Assembly (NCBI RefSeq): GCF_964194155.1
Contig: NC_135901.1
Location: 7,626,001 to 7,690,000 of the forward strand
Source: Cetorhinus maximus
Taxonomy: Eukaryota
Direction: 5' to 3'
Length of the DNA: 64,000 nucleotides
The notes below the pieces were generated by a model. It made no database searches. It was given only the letters and a program-made list of their open reading frames with translations, and was not told where the DNA came from. This document shows positions 51,494 to 64,000 of this stretch, piece by piece. Each line of letters starts with the position of its first letter. The first letter of the stretch is position 1. The translations under genes were made by a program, and so were the position numbers.

Positions 51494-53035
51494 GTTCAAA
51501 ATGCTATGCTGTTCAGGTTACAATGTATTGGGCGACTCCTTCAGATGCTGTTTTCTGACTGCAAATCCTCCCCTTCTAATATCCTGTGAAACTGATTTGA
51601 AACAGAAAAAGGGAGTGAGAGGGAACCCACAAAAACACAAAGGCAGGTTGGGAAATAGAACTGAATGAAAAGAGAGCGAGAGAGAAATAAAGAAAGAAAA
51701 CAGGGGGTAAAGGAGAGAGATTTTATATACATATACAGCTTGACCAGAACTGTGTGGGAATGTCCAAAACCCTCAACCTCCACCACCGAGAAGGACCAGG
51801 GTAGCTGGTGTATGTGAAAACCATCACCTCCAAGTTCCCCTCCAAGTCACATACCGTCCTGACTTGTACGACATCCAGTGCTGGATGAGCTGAAATTTTC
51901 TCCATTTAAATATTGGGAAGACTGAAGCCGTTTTCTTCAGTCCCCACTACAAACTCCATTCCCAGCCACCGGCTCCATCCCTCTCCCTGGAAACTGCCTG
52001 AGGCTGAACCAGGCTGTTCACAACCATGGAAAAATATTTCACCCAAAGACGAGATTCCAAGCACATCCACATCATCACCAAGACCGCCAATTTCCACCTC
52101 AGTAACATCGTCCAACTCCACCCTCATCTCAGCTCATCCTCTGCTGAAACCGTCATCCATTCCTTTGTTCCCTCTAGACATAACAATCCTAACACACTCC
52201 CTGCTGGCCTCCCACATTCAGCCTCCCTGTAATCTTGAGGTTATCCAAAACTCTGCTGCTCGTGTGTTTACTCGCATCAAGTCTTGTTCACCGTTCACCC
52301 CTTTGCTCATTGATCTTCAAAGGTTCCTGGTTAAGAAGCAGCAAAATTTAAAAATTCTCATCCTTGTTTTCCTCCCTGGCTGTGATCATCCTTATCTCTG
52401 TAGTCAACTCCACCCGCTGTCAAGATGGTATAATAATGCCTATAATGTTATTGGAAATTATTTAAAAATAGAGTTTAGTGGTGTCTGTGTCTAAGTGTGT
52501 GTGTCTTAATTGGATTAAAGCCAGCTGGTCTAGAGGCTTTGATGTATAGAAGATAAGTTGGTTTGAAATGGTAATTAGATAAACATAGAAGGTGAGATGT
52601 AAAGGGGCCAATTTGCGTTTTTAAGTAGACCTTTCAAAAGAGGTGAAATATTACACCTAACCAGGTGAAGCTCAGAAACAATGTCTTTATTTTTTTCAAG
52701 GCTTACTAGTAAAGTGAGTATTATGAAAGGATTTTATTGTTAGTAGGTTTAAAGTTAAAAAAAACCGAGTGACAATGCAAATTTGCATTCAAAGAGGAAA
52801 ATATATATAAAGGAAGAGAAGGCTGTTGGTAAAAGGAGGAGGGATTCTAAGATCTAAAGCCTCCAGCCTCTAAGCCTGTCTGCAAGGACCCAGTGCTGAA
52901 AGAAACTCATATTGAATGTGACTTTCCAGGGAGTGCTTTGCCAGGGGTCATAGAGTCATAGAGGTCTACAGCACAGAAAAAGGCCCTTCGGCTCATTGAA
53001 TCTGCGCCAGTCAAACAAGTACCTAATTATTCTAA

Positions 53036-54339
53036 AACAAAAATAAAAACAGAAACAGAAATACCTAGAAAAACTCAGCAGGTCTGGCAGCATAGGCGGA
53101 GAAGAGTACAGTTGACGTTTCGAGTCCTCATGACCCTTCAACAGAACTAAGTAAAATTAGGAAAGGGGTGAAATATAAGTTGGTTTAAGGGGGGTGGTTT
53201 TGTTGGGACAAGCAGCTAGTGATAGGTGGAGATAACCAAAAGCTGTCACAGACAAAAGAACAAAGAGGTGTTGAAGGTGGTGATATTATCTAAAAGAATG
53301 TGCTAATTAAGAGTAGAAGACAAGACAGATAAGGTACAGATAGCTCTAGTGGGGGTGGGGGAATACTAAAAGGTAGAAATAAACAATGGTGGAAATACAT
53401 TTAAAAATAATGGAAATTCGTGGGAAAAGAAAAAATCTTTTTAAATTATAGGAAAAAAACAAAAAGGAGGGGGAAGAAATGGGAAGTGGGTGGGGATGGA
53501 GGAGAGAGTTCAAGATCTAAAACTGTTGAACTCAATATTCAGTCCGGAAGGCTGTAAAGTGCCCAGTCGGAAGATGAGGTGCTGTTCCTCGAGTTTGCAT
53601 TGAGCTTCACTGGAACAATGCAGCAAGCCAAGGACAGACTTGTGGGCAAGAGAGCAGGGTGGAGTATTGAAATGGCAAGCGACAGGGAGGTCTGGGTCAT
53701 GCTTGCGGACAGACCGAAGGTGTTCTGCAAAGCGGTCACCCAGTCTGCGTTTGTTCTCTCCAATGTAGAGGAAACCGCATTGGGAGCAACGAATGCAGTA
53801 GACTAAGTTGAGGGACATGCAAGTGAACTGCTGCTTCACTTGAAAGGAGTGTTTGGGCCCTTGGACGGTGAGGAGAGAGGAAGTGAAGGGGCAGGTGTTG
53901 CATCTTCTGCATTTGCATGGGGAGGTGCCGTCTGAGGGGGTTGAAGAGTAGGGGGTGATGGAGGAGTGGACCAGGGTGTCACGAAGGGAATGATCCCTAC
54001 AGAATGCCGCCAGGGGGGGTGAAGGGAAGATGTGTTTGGTGGTGGCATCATGCTGGAGTTGGCAGAAATGGCGGAAGATGATCCTTTGAATGCGGAGGCT
54101 GGTGGGGTGATAAGTGAGGACAAGGGGGACCTCATCATGTTTCTGGGAGGGAGGAGAAGGCGTGAGGGCAGATGCGCGGGAAATGGGCCGGACACGGTTG
54201 AGGGCCCTGTCAACTACCGTGGGTGGAAAACCTCGGTTAAGGAAGAAGGAGGACATGTCAGAGGAACTGTTTTTGAAAGTAGCATCATCAGAACAGATGC
54301 GACGGAGGCGAAGGAACTGAGAGAATGGGATGGAGTCCT
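53036..54339 (-). mobile_element. Penelope-like element, 5'-truncated, intact RT-thumb/GIY-YIG C-terminal frame
   Basis: SIPFSQFLRLRRICSD..RGFP..CRRCNTC..LVYCIRC..LYIGE..RFAEH..HFN..GLN. Confidence 0.95.
53110..53148 (-). ncRNA. Minimal type I hammerhead ribozyme motif (variant core CUGUUGA)
   Basis: AGTT-CTGTTGA-A-GGGTC[ATGAG]GACTC-GAAACGTC-AACT. Confidence 0.78.
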
Positions 54340-57030
54340 TAATCCCATTTTCCAGCCCTAGGCCCATAGCCTTGTATGCCATGGCATCACAAGTGCACAT
54401 CCAAATACTTCTTAAATGTTATGAGGGTTTCTGCCTCTACCACCCTTTCAGGCAGTGAGCTCCAGATTCCACCACCCTCTGGGTGAAAAAAATTCTTCCT
54501 CACATCCCGTATAAACCTCCTGCCCCTTACCTTAAATCTATGCCCCCTGGTTATTGATCCCTCCACCAAGGGGAAAAGTTCCTTCCTGTCTACCCTATCT
54601 ATGCCCCTCATAATTTTATACACCTGAATCATGCCCCCCCTCAATCTCCTCTACTCCAGGGAAAATAACCCCAGTCTATCCAATCTCTCCTCATAACTAA
54701 AACTCTCAGCTCAGGCAACATTCTGGTAAATCTCCTCTGCTCTCTCTCTCTAGTGCAATCACATCCTTCCTACAATGCGGATTCCAGAACTACACGCAAT
54801 ACTCTAGCTGTGGCCTAAGCAGAGTTTTATACAGTTCCAGCCTAACCTCCCTGCTCTTATATTCTATGCCTCGGCTAATAAAGGCAAGTATCCCAGATGC
54901 CTTTATAACCACCTTATCTACCCGTCCTGATACCTTAAGCGATTGGTGGACATGCACACCAAGGTGCCTCTGATCCTCGGTACTTCCCGGGGTCCTGTCA
55001 TTCATTGTGTATTCCCGTGCCTTGTTTCTCCTGCCCAAGTGCATCACCTCACAGTTATCCGGATTAAATTCCATTTGCCACTGATCAGCCGATCTGACCA
55101 GCCCGTCTATATCCTCCTGTAATCCTCACTATTTACCACCCCACCAATTTTCATGTCGACTACGAATTTACTGATCAACCCTTCTACATTCAAGTCTAAA
55201 TCGTTTATATATGCCACAAACAGCAAGGGATCCAACACCAATCCCTGTGGAATCCCACTGGACAAAGGCATCCAGTCACAAAAACGACCATCACCCTCTG
55301 CTTCCTGCCACTCAGCCAATTCTGGATCCAATTTGCCAAATTGCCTTGGATTCCATGGGCTCTTCGTTATCTGTCTCCGATGCGGGACCTTATCAAAAGC
55401 CTGTTTAAAGGTCTGTTTAAATCTGTGTTTTACTGTTGCCTTAACTGGAGTGTAACTGAGAGTCAGGTTAATTAGGAGATTTTTGTAGTTTTTATAGCAG
55501 TAATTTTGTAGACATATGTATGTGCTTAAAATCTTTCTTGTATTAATAAATGTCTAATTTAGTTTTATAAAAAAAACCCGAGACTCAGTGGTCTTATTAC
55601 TACTGAATTCAAAGCCTGCATCTCAAAACATACAAATTGCAAAAATGGGTTATGACAGTTGTTTCAAGTTTCCTTCCGGGATTTGAACAACTCAGCATTT
55701 ACCATTGGATGTGTCATAATCCCCACACAACCCTCCACTCAATGGATTTCCTCCCTGGCTGCGATCATCCCTATCTCTGTAATCTCCTTCACCCACAGAA
55801 CCCCCTGAAACATTTGTTCATCTACCATCGGCCTCTTTAATATTCCAGATAATAATCACCCCACCACTGGGGGTGCTCTTTCAGTTGCCAAGACCACAAG
55901 GGTTTTAAATTCCTCCTTAAACCTCTTCGTCTCCCTATCTCAGTTTCCTCCTTTAAGGTGCTCCTCAAAACCTATCTCTGACCAAACGTTTGGTCACCTG
56001 AACTCATGTCTGCTCATGAGGCTCAGTGTCAAATTTTGCTGTGTAACATTTCTGTGAAATGTCTTGGAATATTTTATTACATTAATTTGTATTTATATCA
56101 CACTTTTGTCATTGACTTGGACATATATCACCATTCCTTCATCATCACTGGTGAATAACCTGTAACTCCTTACCTAAGAGCATTGTGGGAGCACCTTCAC
56201 CACACAGGCTGCAGCGATTCAAGAAGGTCAAACATCATCATCTCCACAGGTAACTGGGGATTGGTAATATCAGCTGGAATGTATGAAGAGAGAAACAAGG
56301 TTAACATTTCAGGTTGTGCAAAATAAATTACATGGAATTACAATGATGCAGAATTTGATGGTTAATATAAGTTCTGAAACATGAGAGAAATGTACAATCG
56401 CACCGGAAAAACAATTCCTGACTGTAAGACGCTGCAGGAAGATAAAACTGGGAAGTCGGCAGCACAAGGTCGAGGGATGAACAATGGTGGAAACCTCATT
56501 CAGACATGGTTGCTGAAGTAACAGTAAAATACTAAACACAGCTCAAACACACTCAGAGACAGAGGAAATTAGATAACAGCAAAGAGGTGATCAGGGAGGG
56601 CAGAGGTGAAACAGGGCAGTGGAAGGACATGGATTAGATCCACCAGTCCAAGAGCCATGGAACCCCTTACAGACAACACAGCATAGCACTAAAAGCTCTA
56701 AATTCTAGATGAATGGTTAACTAAGCCGACAAGTGAAACAATTTCGGTTTTCAATTTTAAAATCTCCTGCTGGAGCCTACAGGTGTAAAAATATCAGAAG
56801 CACTGGAGTCGGAGAAAAATCTCCCAGTTGAGGAAATACCCAGGGAGCGGAGGTGATGTCACTGAGCAATTGTTGGTGTGTGATGACATCACAGACACGA
56901 ACACAGAACATCTGGGTCTGTGCAAACCAGTGGTCACCACACATTATGAAGGATGTGAGGGTCCTTGAGAGGGTGCAGAGGAGGTTTACTAGGATGGTTC
57001 CAGGGATGAGGAATTTTAGTTGCAAGGTTA

Positions 57031-57804
<774 letters not shown>

Positions 57805-58399
57805 GTTCAAAATCTGATGACATTCAGGTTACGATAAATTGAGCGACTCCATCAGATCCTGATGTGATATTTGCTTTGAGTTTCCCAACTGCAAATCCTT
57901 CCCCTTCAATACTCTGTGAAGTTGATTTAAAACAGAAAAAAAAGAGAGTGAGAGAGAACCCACAAAAACACAAAGGCAAGTTGTGAAATTGAGATAAATG
58001 AATCTGGTAATTTGTGGAGCTGACACTAGCAAAAGTGACCATGAAAACTGCTGGATTGTCATAACAACCCAACTGGTTCACTAATGTCCTTCAGGGAAGG
58101 AAACCTGCCACCGAGACAAAGGGGAGGCAGAGAGTGAAAGAGAGGGATTTTATATATCTACAGCTCGACTAGAACTTTGACAGAATCTCCCAAATCCTCA
58201 ACCTCCACTAACTAAAAGGATGAGGGGAGCAGGTGTATGTGAACACCATCACCTCCAAGCTTCCATCCATGGACTGCAGCAGTTCAAGGAGATGGCTCAC
58301 TCCCATTTTCTCAAGGGCAATTAGGGATGGGCAATAAATGCTGGCCCAGCCTGTAACTTCCATAAATGAATTTTAAAAAACCCGAGTCACACACTGTGC

Positions 58400-59375
58400 A
58401 GATTTGTCTGACATCCAGCACTGGATGAGCAGAAATCTCCTCCACTTAAATATTCCTGCCGCTGGGTCAAAATCCTGGAACTCCCTTCCTAACAGCACTG
58501 TGGGTGTTTCTACACCACACGGACTGCAGTGGTTCAAGAAGGCAGCTCACCACCACCTTCTCAAGGGCAATTAGGGATAGGCAATAAATGCTGGCTGAGC
58601 CACCAACGCTCACATCATTGCCTTCAGTGTCTACTACAAATTCCACTCCCTAACCACTGACTCTCTCCCTCTCCTTCGCAACTGCCTGAGGCTGAATCAC
58701 ACTGTTCACAATCGCGAGATGAGCTTACAGCCACATATCCGCAACAACACCAAGGCCGCCTCTTTCTGCCTCAGTAACATCACCCGACTCCACCCTAGTC
58801 TCAGTTTATCTGCTGTTGAAAGCGTCATCCATTCATGTGTTACCTGTAGTCTAAATTATCCTAATGCATACCCAACTGGCCTCCAACATTCAACTCCGTC
58901 CTTCCACCCCCAGAATCTTGAGGTCATCCAAAACTCTGCTATCCGTGTGCTTACTCACATTCAGTCTTGTTCATACATCACCCCTGTGCTCACTGACCTA
59001 CAAAGGCTCTCATTTTAAAAGCACCAAAACTTTAAAATTCTCATATTTTCCTCCATGGTTGTGAGGATCCCGATCTCTGTATTCTCCTCCAGCCACAGCC
59101 CTCGCCAGGATCTCTACACTGATCTAATTCCAGCCACTTGAGCATTCCCGATTTTAATCGCTCCACCATCAGTGACTGTTCCTTCAGTTACCTAGGCCAC
59201 AGCTTTACGCCTCACTCTTCTTCTTTAAAATACTCCTTAAAACCTACCTCTTTGACAAAGCTTTTGGTCACCTGCCCTAATATGGCTCATGTGGCTCAGT
59301 GTCAAACGTTACTTTGTAATATTTATGTGAAATGCCTTGGAAAATTTTATTATGCTAAAAGCATAATTATTGTCA
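58400..59375 (+). mobile_element. L2 nested insertion (fifth paralogue) with LINE tails inserted
   Basis: TTGTCTGACATCCAGCACTGGATGAG start; host resumes at TTGGACATATATCG. Confidence 0.75.
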
Positions 59376-59479
59376 CTGCCTTGGACATATATCGTTGATT
59401 TGCCTCATCAATTACACTTTGTAACTCAAAGTGTGAAGCAGCTTGATGGACAATTGTCCTCAGTCTGTCATTGGGAACC

Positions 59480-59940
59480 TTTCAAAAAATGCCCACAATA
59501 AAGATGGCGGCCGCGCATGCGGCCCGCCCACAATAAAGATGGCGACCGTTACCTCGGGGCTGGAATCGGAACAAAACTGCCGTCCTGGCTCCGTGCAAAA
59601 GTGGGAACGCTAAGGTCTTTTTCGGGGTTTTGCAGATTACGCAACATGTTTACGAACCCTTTCGGCCTACCCACCGGATCCATCGATTCCTCTGTCCCCC
59701 TACTTTTCCCCTTACCGATCCGGATCCTACAAATAATCGTCTCTCCATCGCCATTTCTCGCTATGCGCATGCTCCAAAGTTTTCCCCACTGCGCCTGCGT
59801 ACTGCTGTCCGGTGATGTGGATAGGGGATATTGCCCACCGCGGGGGATGATGGGTGAAGGCGTCGCCATTGAAAGTACAAATTATTGTATCGCGATTTGT
59901 TTTCCTGGCGTGGTACGGAGACTGGGGCCGGAGGATCAAA
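59480..59940 (-). promoter_or_regulatory. Promoter/exon 1 of the 57.8-kb ZNF locus
   Basis: SBS-like ACCCATCATCCCCCGCG, NRF1-type sites, donor GTAAGG at 59715, duplicated GCCCACAATAAAGATGGCG. Confidence 0.75.
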
Positions 59941-59979
59941 TAATAAACTTAGGAAACAAATTAAATCGTTATATTATAT

Positions 59980-61256
59980 TGAAACTATTGGAGAAAACTC
60001 TGAAGGAGAGAATCTTTCGCCACTTGGAGAGGCAAGGTTTGATCAGGGATAGTCAGCATAGGTTTGTCAGAGGGAGGTCATACCTAACAAATTTGATTGA
60101 ATTTTTTGAAGAGGTGACCAGGTGTGCAGATCAGGGTAGTGCAGTTGATGTAGTTTATATGGATTTCAGCAAAGCCTTTGACAAGGTTTTGGCTTGTAGG
60201 AGGCAGAGGGTGATGACAGAAGGATGCTTTAGTGACTGGAAGCCAGTATCCAGTGGCGTACCACAGGGATCTGTGCTTGGTCCCCTATTATTCATCATTT
60301 ATATAAACGACATAGATGACTATGTAGGGGGTAGGATTAGTAAGTTTGCGGATGACACAAAGATTGGCTGGGTGGTTAACAGTGAGGTTGAGTGTCTTGG
60401 GCTACAGGAAGAAATAGACGGGATAGTCAAATGGGCAGATAAGTGGCAGATGGAATTTAACCCTGAAAAGTGTGAGGTGATACACTTTGGAAGGAGTGAT
60501 CTGACAAGGAAGTATTCAATGAACAGCATGACATTGGAAGTTCTGAAGAACAAAGGGACCTTGGTGTGTGTGTCCATAGATCTCTGAAGGCGAAGGAGCA
60601 TGTTAGTGGGGTGGTGAAAAAGGCATTTGGGACACTTGCCTTTATCAATCGAGGCATAGGTTACAAAAGTAGGGAGATCATGTTGGAGTTGTAGAGAACC
60701 TTGGTGAGGCCACAGCTGGAGTACTCTGTGCAGTTTTAGTCGCCACATTATAGGCAGGATGTGATTGCACAGGAGGGGGTGCAGAGGAGATTCACCAGGA
60801 TATTGCCCTGGGATGAAACATTTAAGTTATGAAGAGAGGTTGGATAGACTTGGGTTGTTTTTGTTGGAGCAGAGAAGACTGAGGGGTGACCTGATCAAGG
60901 TGTACAAGATTATGAGGGACATGGACAGGGTGGATAGGGAGCAGCTGTTCCCCTTAGTTGAAGGGTCAATCACAAGGGGGCATAAGTTTAAGGTGAGGGG
61001 CAGGAGGTTTAGGGGGGATGTGAGGAAAAACTTTTTTACCCAGAGAGTGGTGACGCTGGAATGCGCTGCCTAGGAGGGTGGTGGAGGTTGCCTCTCATCC
61101 TTTAAAAAGTACCTGGATGAGCACTTGGCACATCATAACATTCAAGGCTATGGGCCAAGAGCTGGTAAATGGGATTAGGTAGGTAGGTCAGGTGTTTCTC
61201 ACGTGTCGGTGCAGACTCGATGGGCCGAAGGGCCTCTTCTGCACTGTGAGATTCTG
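59980..61256 (+). mobile_element. CR1 LINE (HER1-like), same subfamily as 245-1865
   Basis: GVPQGSVLGP, KFADDTK; internal deletion after DFSKAFDK; same tail. Confidence 0.95.
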
Positions 61257-62929
61257 AAACCCAACTGCGCGGATCCTCCATTATCCAGCAGAAAGAAGGA
61301 GAATGTGATTTAGTGGAAAATAGAGAATCTCCAAAGAGCAGCAATAACAGCAAAATCCAACCCCTACAGTCACATATGAACTTACTGGTGCCCCAGCAGG
61401 CGGGAAGAACAACTGAATCGCTGTCCACAAAGACAACGTTTAAAAAGCCTTTTTCTACCAGGTGGGAAAATTCAGTCAATGTTTTCACACGTGTAAATTA
61501 TCTGAATGGTCTGTCACGATGTGGCTATGCTGCCGTGTCCTGTCAGCTCTGAAAATCCTCCCCCCGGTGCAACTACACAAGAGTTTCCATCTTAAATGGC
61601 AACGGAATCACTCCTCACAGTCAACAACAACAAAAATCTGCATTTATTTTACACCTTTACTTTAATAAAACATCCCAAGATGCTTAGCATGGGTGAAATT
61701 GTAGCAGTGTTTTTGGGACCAAATTAAAGACAAAAACACAATTTCAATACAATTTTAGCAACATAAATCTGTGGCTCTGTTAAATGGTTCATCACATTGT
61801 ATAACATTCCTATGGTTGTAAAACAGCAGATTATCTGGCTCAGTATGATCTGTGCTTTGGTAGATCTGCTGTGAATATAACACATAGGGAATAGCTACGC
61901 ATTTCAAATTTGTTCTATCACATACATTTACTTTAATCAAATGTCTTGAAGCTGATGGTCTCCCAGGCTAATTTATTCAAAAGCCTTAATAACCAGTGTT
62001 TCTTGTTTCCCATTTTTTTTTCTACAGCTCCAGCATTCATCTGACCCCATTGTTTTTTCTCACTTCAGTTTTCAATCACTGTTGTCTTCAATATCCTTTT
62101 TCATAATCCACTTCCCATCTATGTCCACCCAACTATTCAGATTTTGTTACAAAAGCTGGTAACGATGTGAAATGTGTCATGCAGCCTGATATTTAACACT
62201 ATTTTGGGTGGTGGGGATTGATTATTGAGTACAATTCATGCAAGATGTATTCCTTCTTAGGGAGTCCCATCTGAAACATTAACCATCACATGAGGTTTAA
62301 ATGGGAAAATGTTTTTTTATCGAGACCAAGGAAGCGCAAAAATTATCCCAAAGTTCATGGCCATGAGCATGGGTGTCGAGTCCACACAGATGAAGCACAA
62401 TTGCCAGTTGGTCCTCACCAGCAACAAGAACTCCCACTCCCCATCATCCCCCAGACCCCTCAGCACAGCTCCTGGCCTCTCCCTGCCATTTGAAGCTCCT
62501 CACATCTGCATCCTGTTGTTGTATCAGGTGATTAAACACAGCTCCGCACTGTGTCCAGGAATTCCTTCCCATAATGTGCAAAAGCACTCAGTCACTTCAA
62601 ACACATCAACAAGACAATAAGTAATGGTGGAGGCACTGAAATGGCAGAAGCTGGAACCGCGGTGAGAGCAGGAAAGTGATAGCATGAAGTTAGAGGGAAG
62701 GAGGAGTAAGATGTGTCAGTGTGAAATTGGAGGGGGGGGAAAGAGGAATGTCAGTGTGTGGATTCCTCTATCATAGCCTTTCCTCGTCCTCAGAATACAA
62801 CTGTGATTTGAAGGTGTTTCGAAACAGCAACGCGCCATGCAGTGGAAGAACACCAATTTATACCTGGGTCTGGCAGTTCCTCCAGGGTTTAATAACCTGC
62901 TGCCTCCAGCTCTGTCAGACTGGGGCTGT

Positions 62930-63490
62930 GGCAACTGGTGAGGGAACCAACAAGAGCGAAAATCCTTGAACTTATTCTCACCGTTCTACCTGTCACAGAT
63001 GCATCTGTCCATGATAGTACTGATAGGAGTGACCCCACATGGCCCTTGTGGAGTCAGAGTCCCACCTTCACACTGACGATTCCCTCCATCGTGTTGTGTG
63101 GCACTGCCACTGTGCTAAATGGGATAGATTCAGAAGAGATCTAGCAACTCAAGACTGGGAACCCATGAGGCAGTGGGAGCCATCAGCAGCAGCAGAATTG
63201 TATTCAACCACAGTCTGTAAACTCATGGCCCAGCATATCCCTCACTCCACAATTACATCAAACCAGGCGATCAAGCCTAGTTCAATGAAGAGTGCAGGAC
63301 AGCAGGTCAGGAGCAGCACAAGCCATATTGGAATGTCAACCTGGTGAACCTACAACACAGGACTGCTTGCCAAACAGTGGAAGCAGCCTATGATTGCCAG
63401 AGCTAAGCGATCTCACAACCAACGTATCAGATCAAAGCTCTGAAGACTTGTGTCCCAGAACTAGTGACATCCTCAGCCAAACCGTTCCAG
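62930..63490 (+). mobile_element. Unassigned LINE internal fragment
   Basis: REPTRAKILELILT; homologous to 38.2-38.4 kb. Confidence 0.7.
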
Positions 63491-63928
63491 CAGCTTTCCA
63501 AAGAAAATAAAACCCAGCCTATGAAATGCTTCCTCTTCCCAACTGTTTTTGATGTGAATAAGGTTGAGTGGGAGTTCACTAATTTCTCTCCCTTAATCTT
63601 ATGAATCAGATCATTCTTGACATGGGTCCGCTGCTATTGGGCACCCAGGGAGTGACCATTCTAATTCGGTGACTCTGAGCAGTTTTGTTGGTCCAGGGGC
63701 TTGAGTGAAACTTGCCACTTTTAAAGTGTCATCATTCATTGTACATTAGGCCGCACCAACAAACTGGTCTCTCACATTTCCAGTGAAGTGGAGGAAGTTT
63801 GCTTTCATAAACCAGCAACTGTGATAAAGACAAAGCAGGATGGAGAAAGACTCAGTTGCAGCACAGTGACACAGTGGAGAGCTGAGGTTCACCCATGAAA
63901 GCAGCAAAGTTTTAAAAAAAAGCAACGG

Positions 63929-64000
63929 CACCCAAAGTGGGGCTTGAACCCACAAACCTGAGGTTACAGGCCTCATGCACTACTGACTGTGCTAGCCAGA
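63929..64000 (-). tRNA. tRNA-Lys(CTT)-derived gene or pseudogene with TGT at the anticodon position; 5' base lies outside the window
   Basis: TCTGGCTAGCACAGTCAGTAGTGCATGAGGCCTGTAACCTCAGGTTTGTGGGTTCAAGCCCCACTTTGGGTG; D, anticodon and T stems pair; T8 terminator at 63914-63921. Confidence 0.75.

Larger units (their letters stand above)
52947..55402 (-). mobile_element. CR1 LINE (young subfamily) split by a PLE
   Basis: ORFs 55107-55331, 54790-55074, 54387-54644; tail at 52947-53035. Confidence 0.93.
52418..55720 (+). mobile_element. LTR-like element split by CR1
   Basis: TGT start, TATATATAAAGG at about 52802, AATAAA at about 55545; non-L2 sequence on both sides of the CR1. Confidence 0.4.
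51867..56112 (+). mobile_element. L2 nested insertion expanded by further nested elements
   Basis: Perfect TGACTTG flanks at 51860-51866 and 56113-56119. Confidence 0.8.

Noticed and set aside
53510-54400. 296-aa ORF as a host GIY-YIG gene
   Set aside because: It is a 5'-truncated Penelope-like element; its first ~20 codons come from the flanking CR1
59517-60587. 356-aa ORF joining novel sequence to an RT domain
   Set aside because: The N-terminal half is the antisense strand of a GC-rich promoter running by chance into a truncated, internally deleted CR1; nothing supports a domesticated gene

Overview
This is vertebrate genomic DNA, most likely from a cartilaginous fish (shark or ray). That assignment is inferred from HER1-like CR1 tails and Deu-domain SINEs. 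The window is a repeat-dense cluster of C2H2 zinc-finger (ZNF) genes with no KRAB, SCAN or BTB domain. It holds 4 long intact ORFs (8-12 fingers), 2 truncated ORFs, 3 decayed pseudogenes and several orphan 5' ends, on both strands. The genes follow one cassette plan: a CpG-rich promoter (NRF1, YY1, NF-Y and ZNF143-type motifs), a tiny first exon, a TE-filled intron, a conserved splice acceptor with a stop-interrupted in-frame leader, a single ZF exon, and a conserved 3' UTR. A shared nested L2 insertion, whose empty site survives at 22.0 kb, shows the cassette spread by DNA-level duplication and inversion. The rest of the window is CR1, L2, RTE, an unassigned LINE with its partner SINE, Penelope-like elements carrying minimal hammerhead motifs, LTR-like pieces and degenerate tRNA genes. 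All calls were made by eye; no database searches were run and repeat boundaries are approximate.
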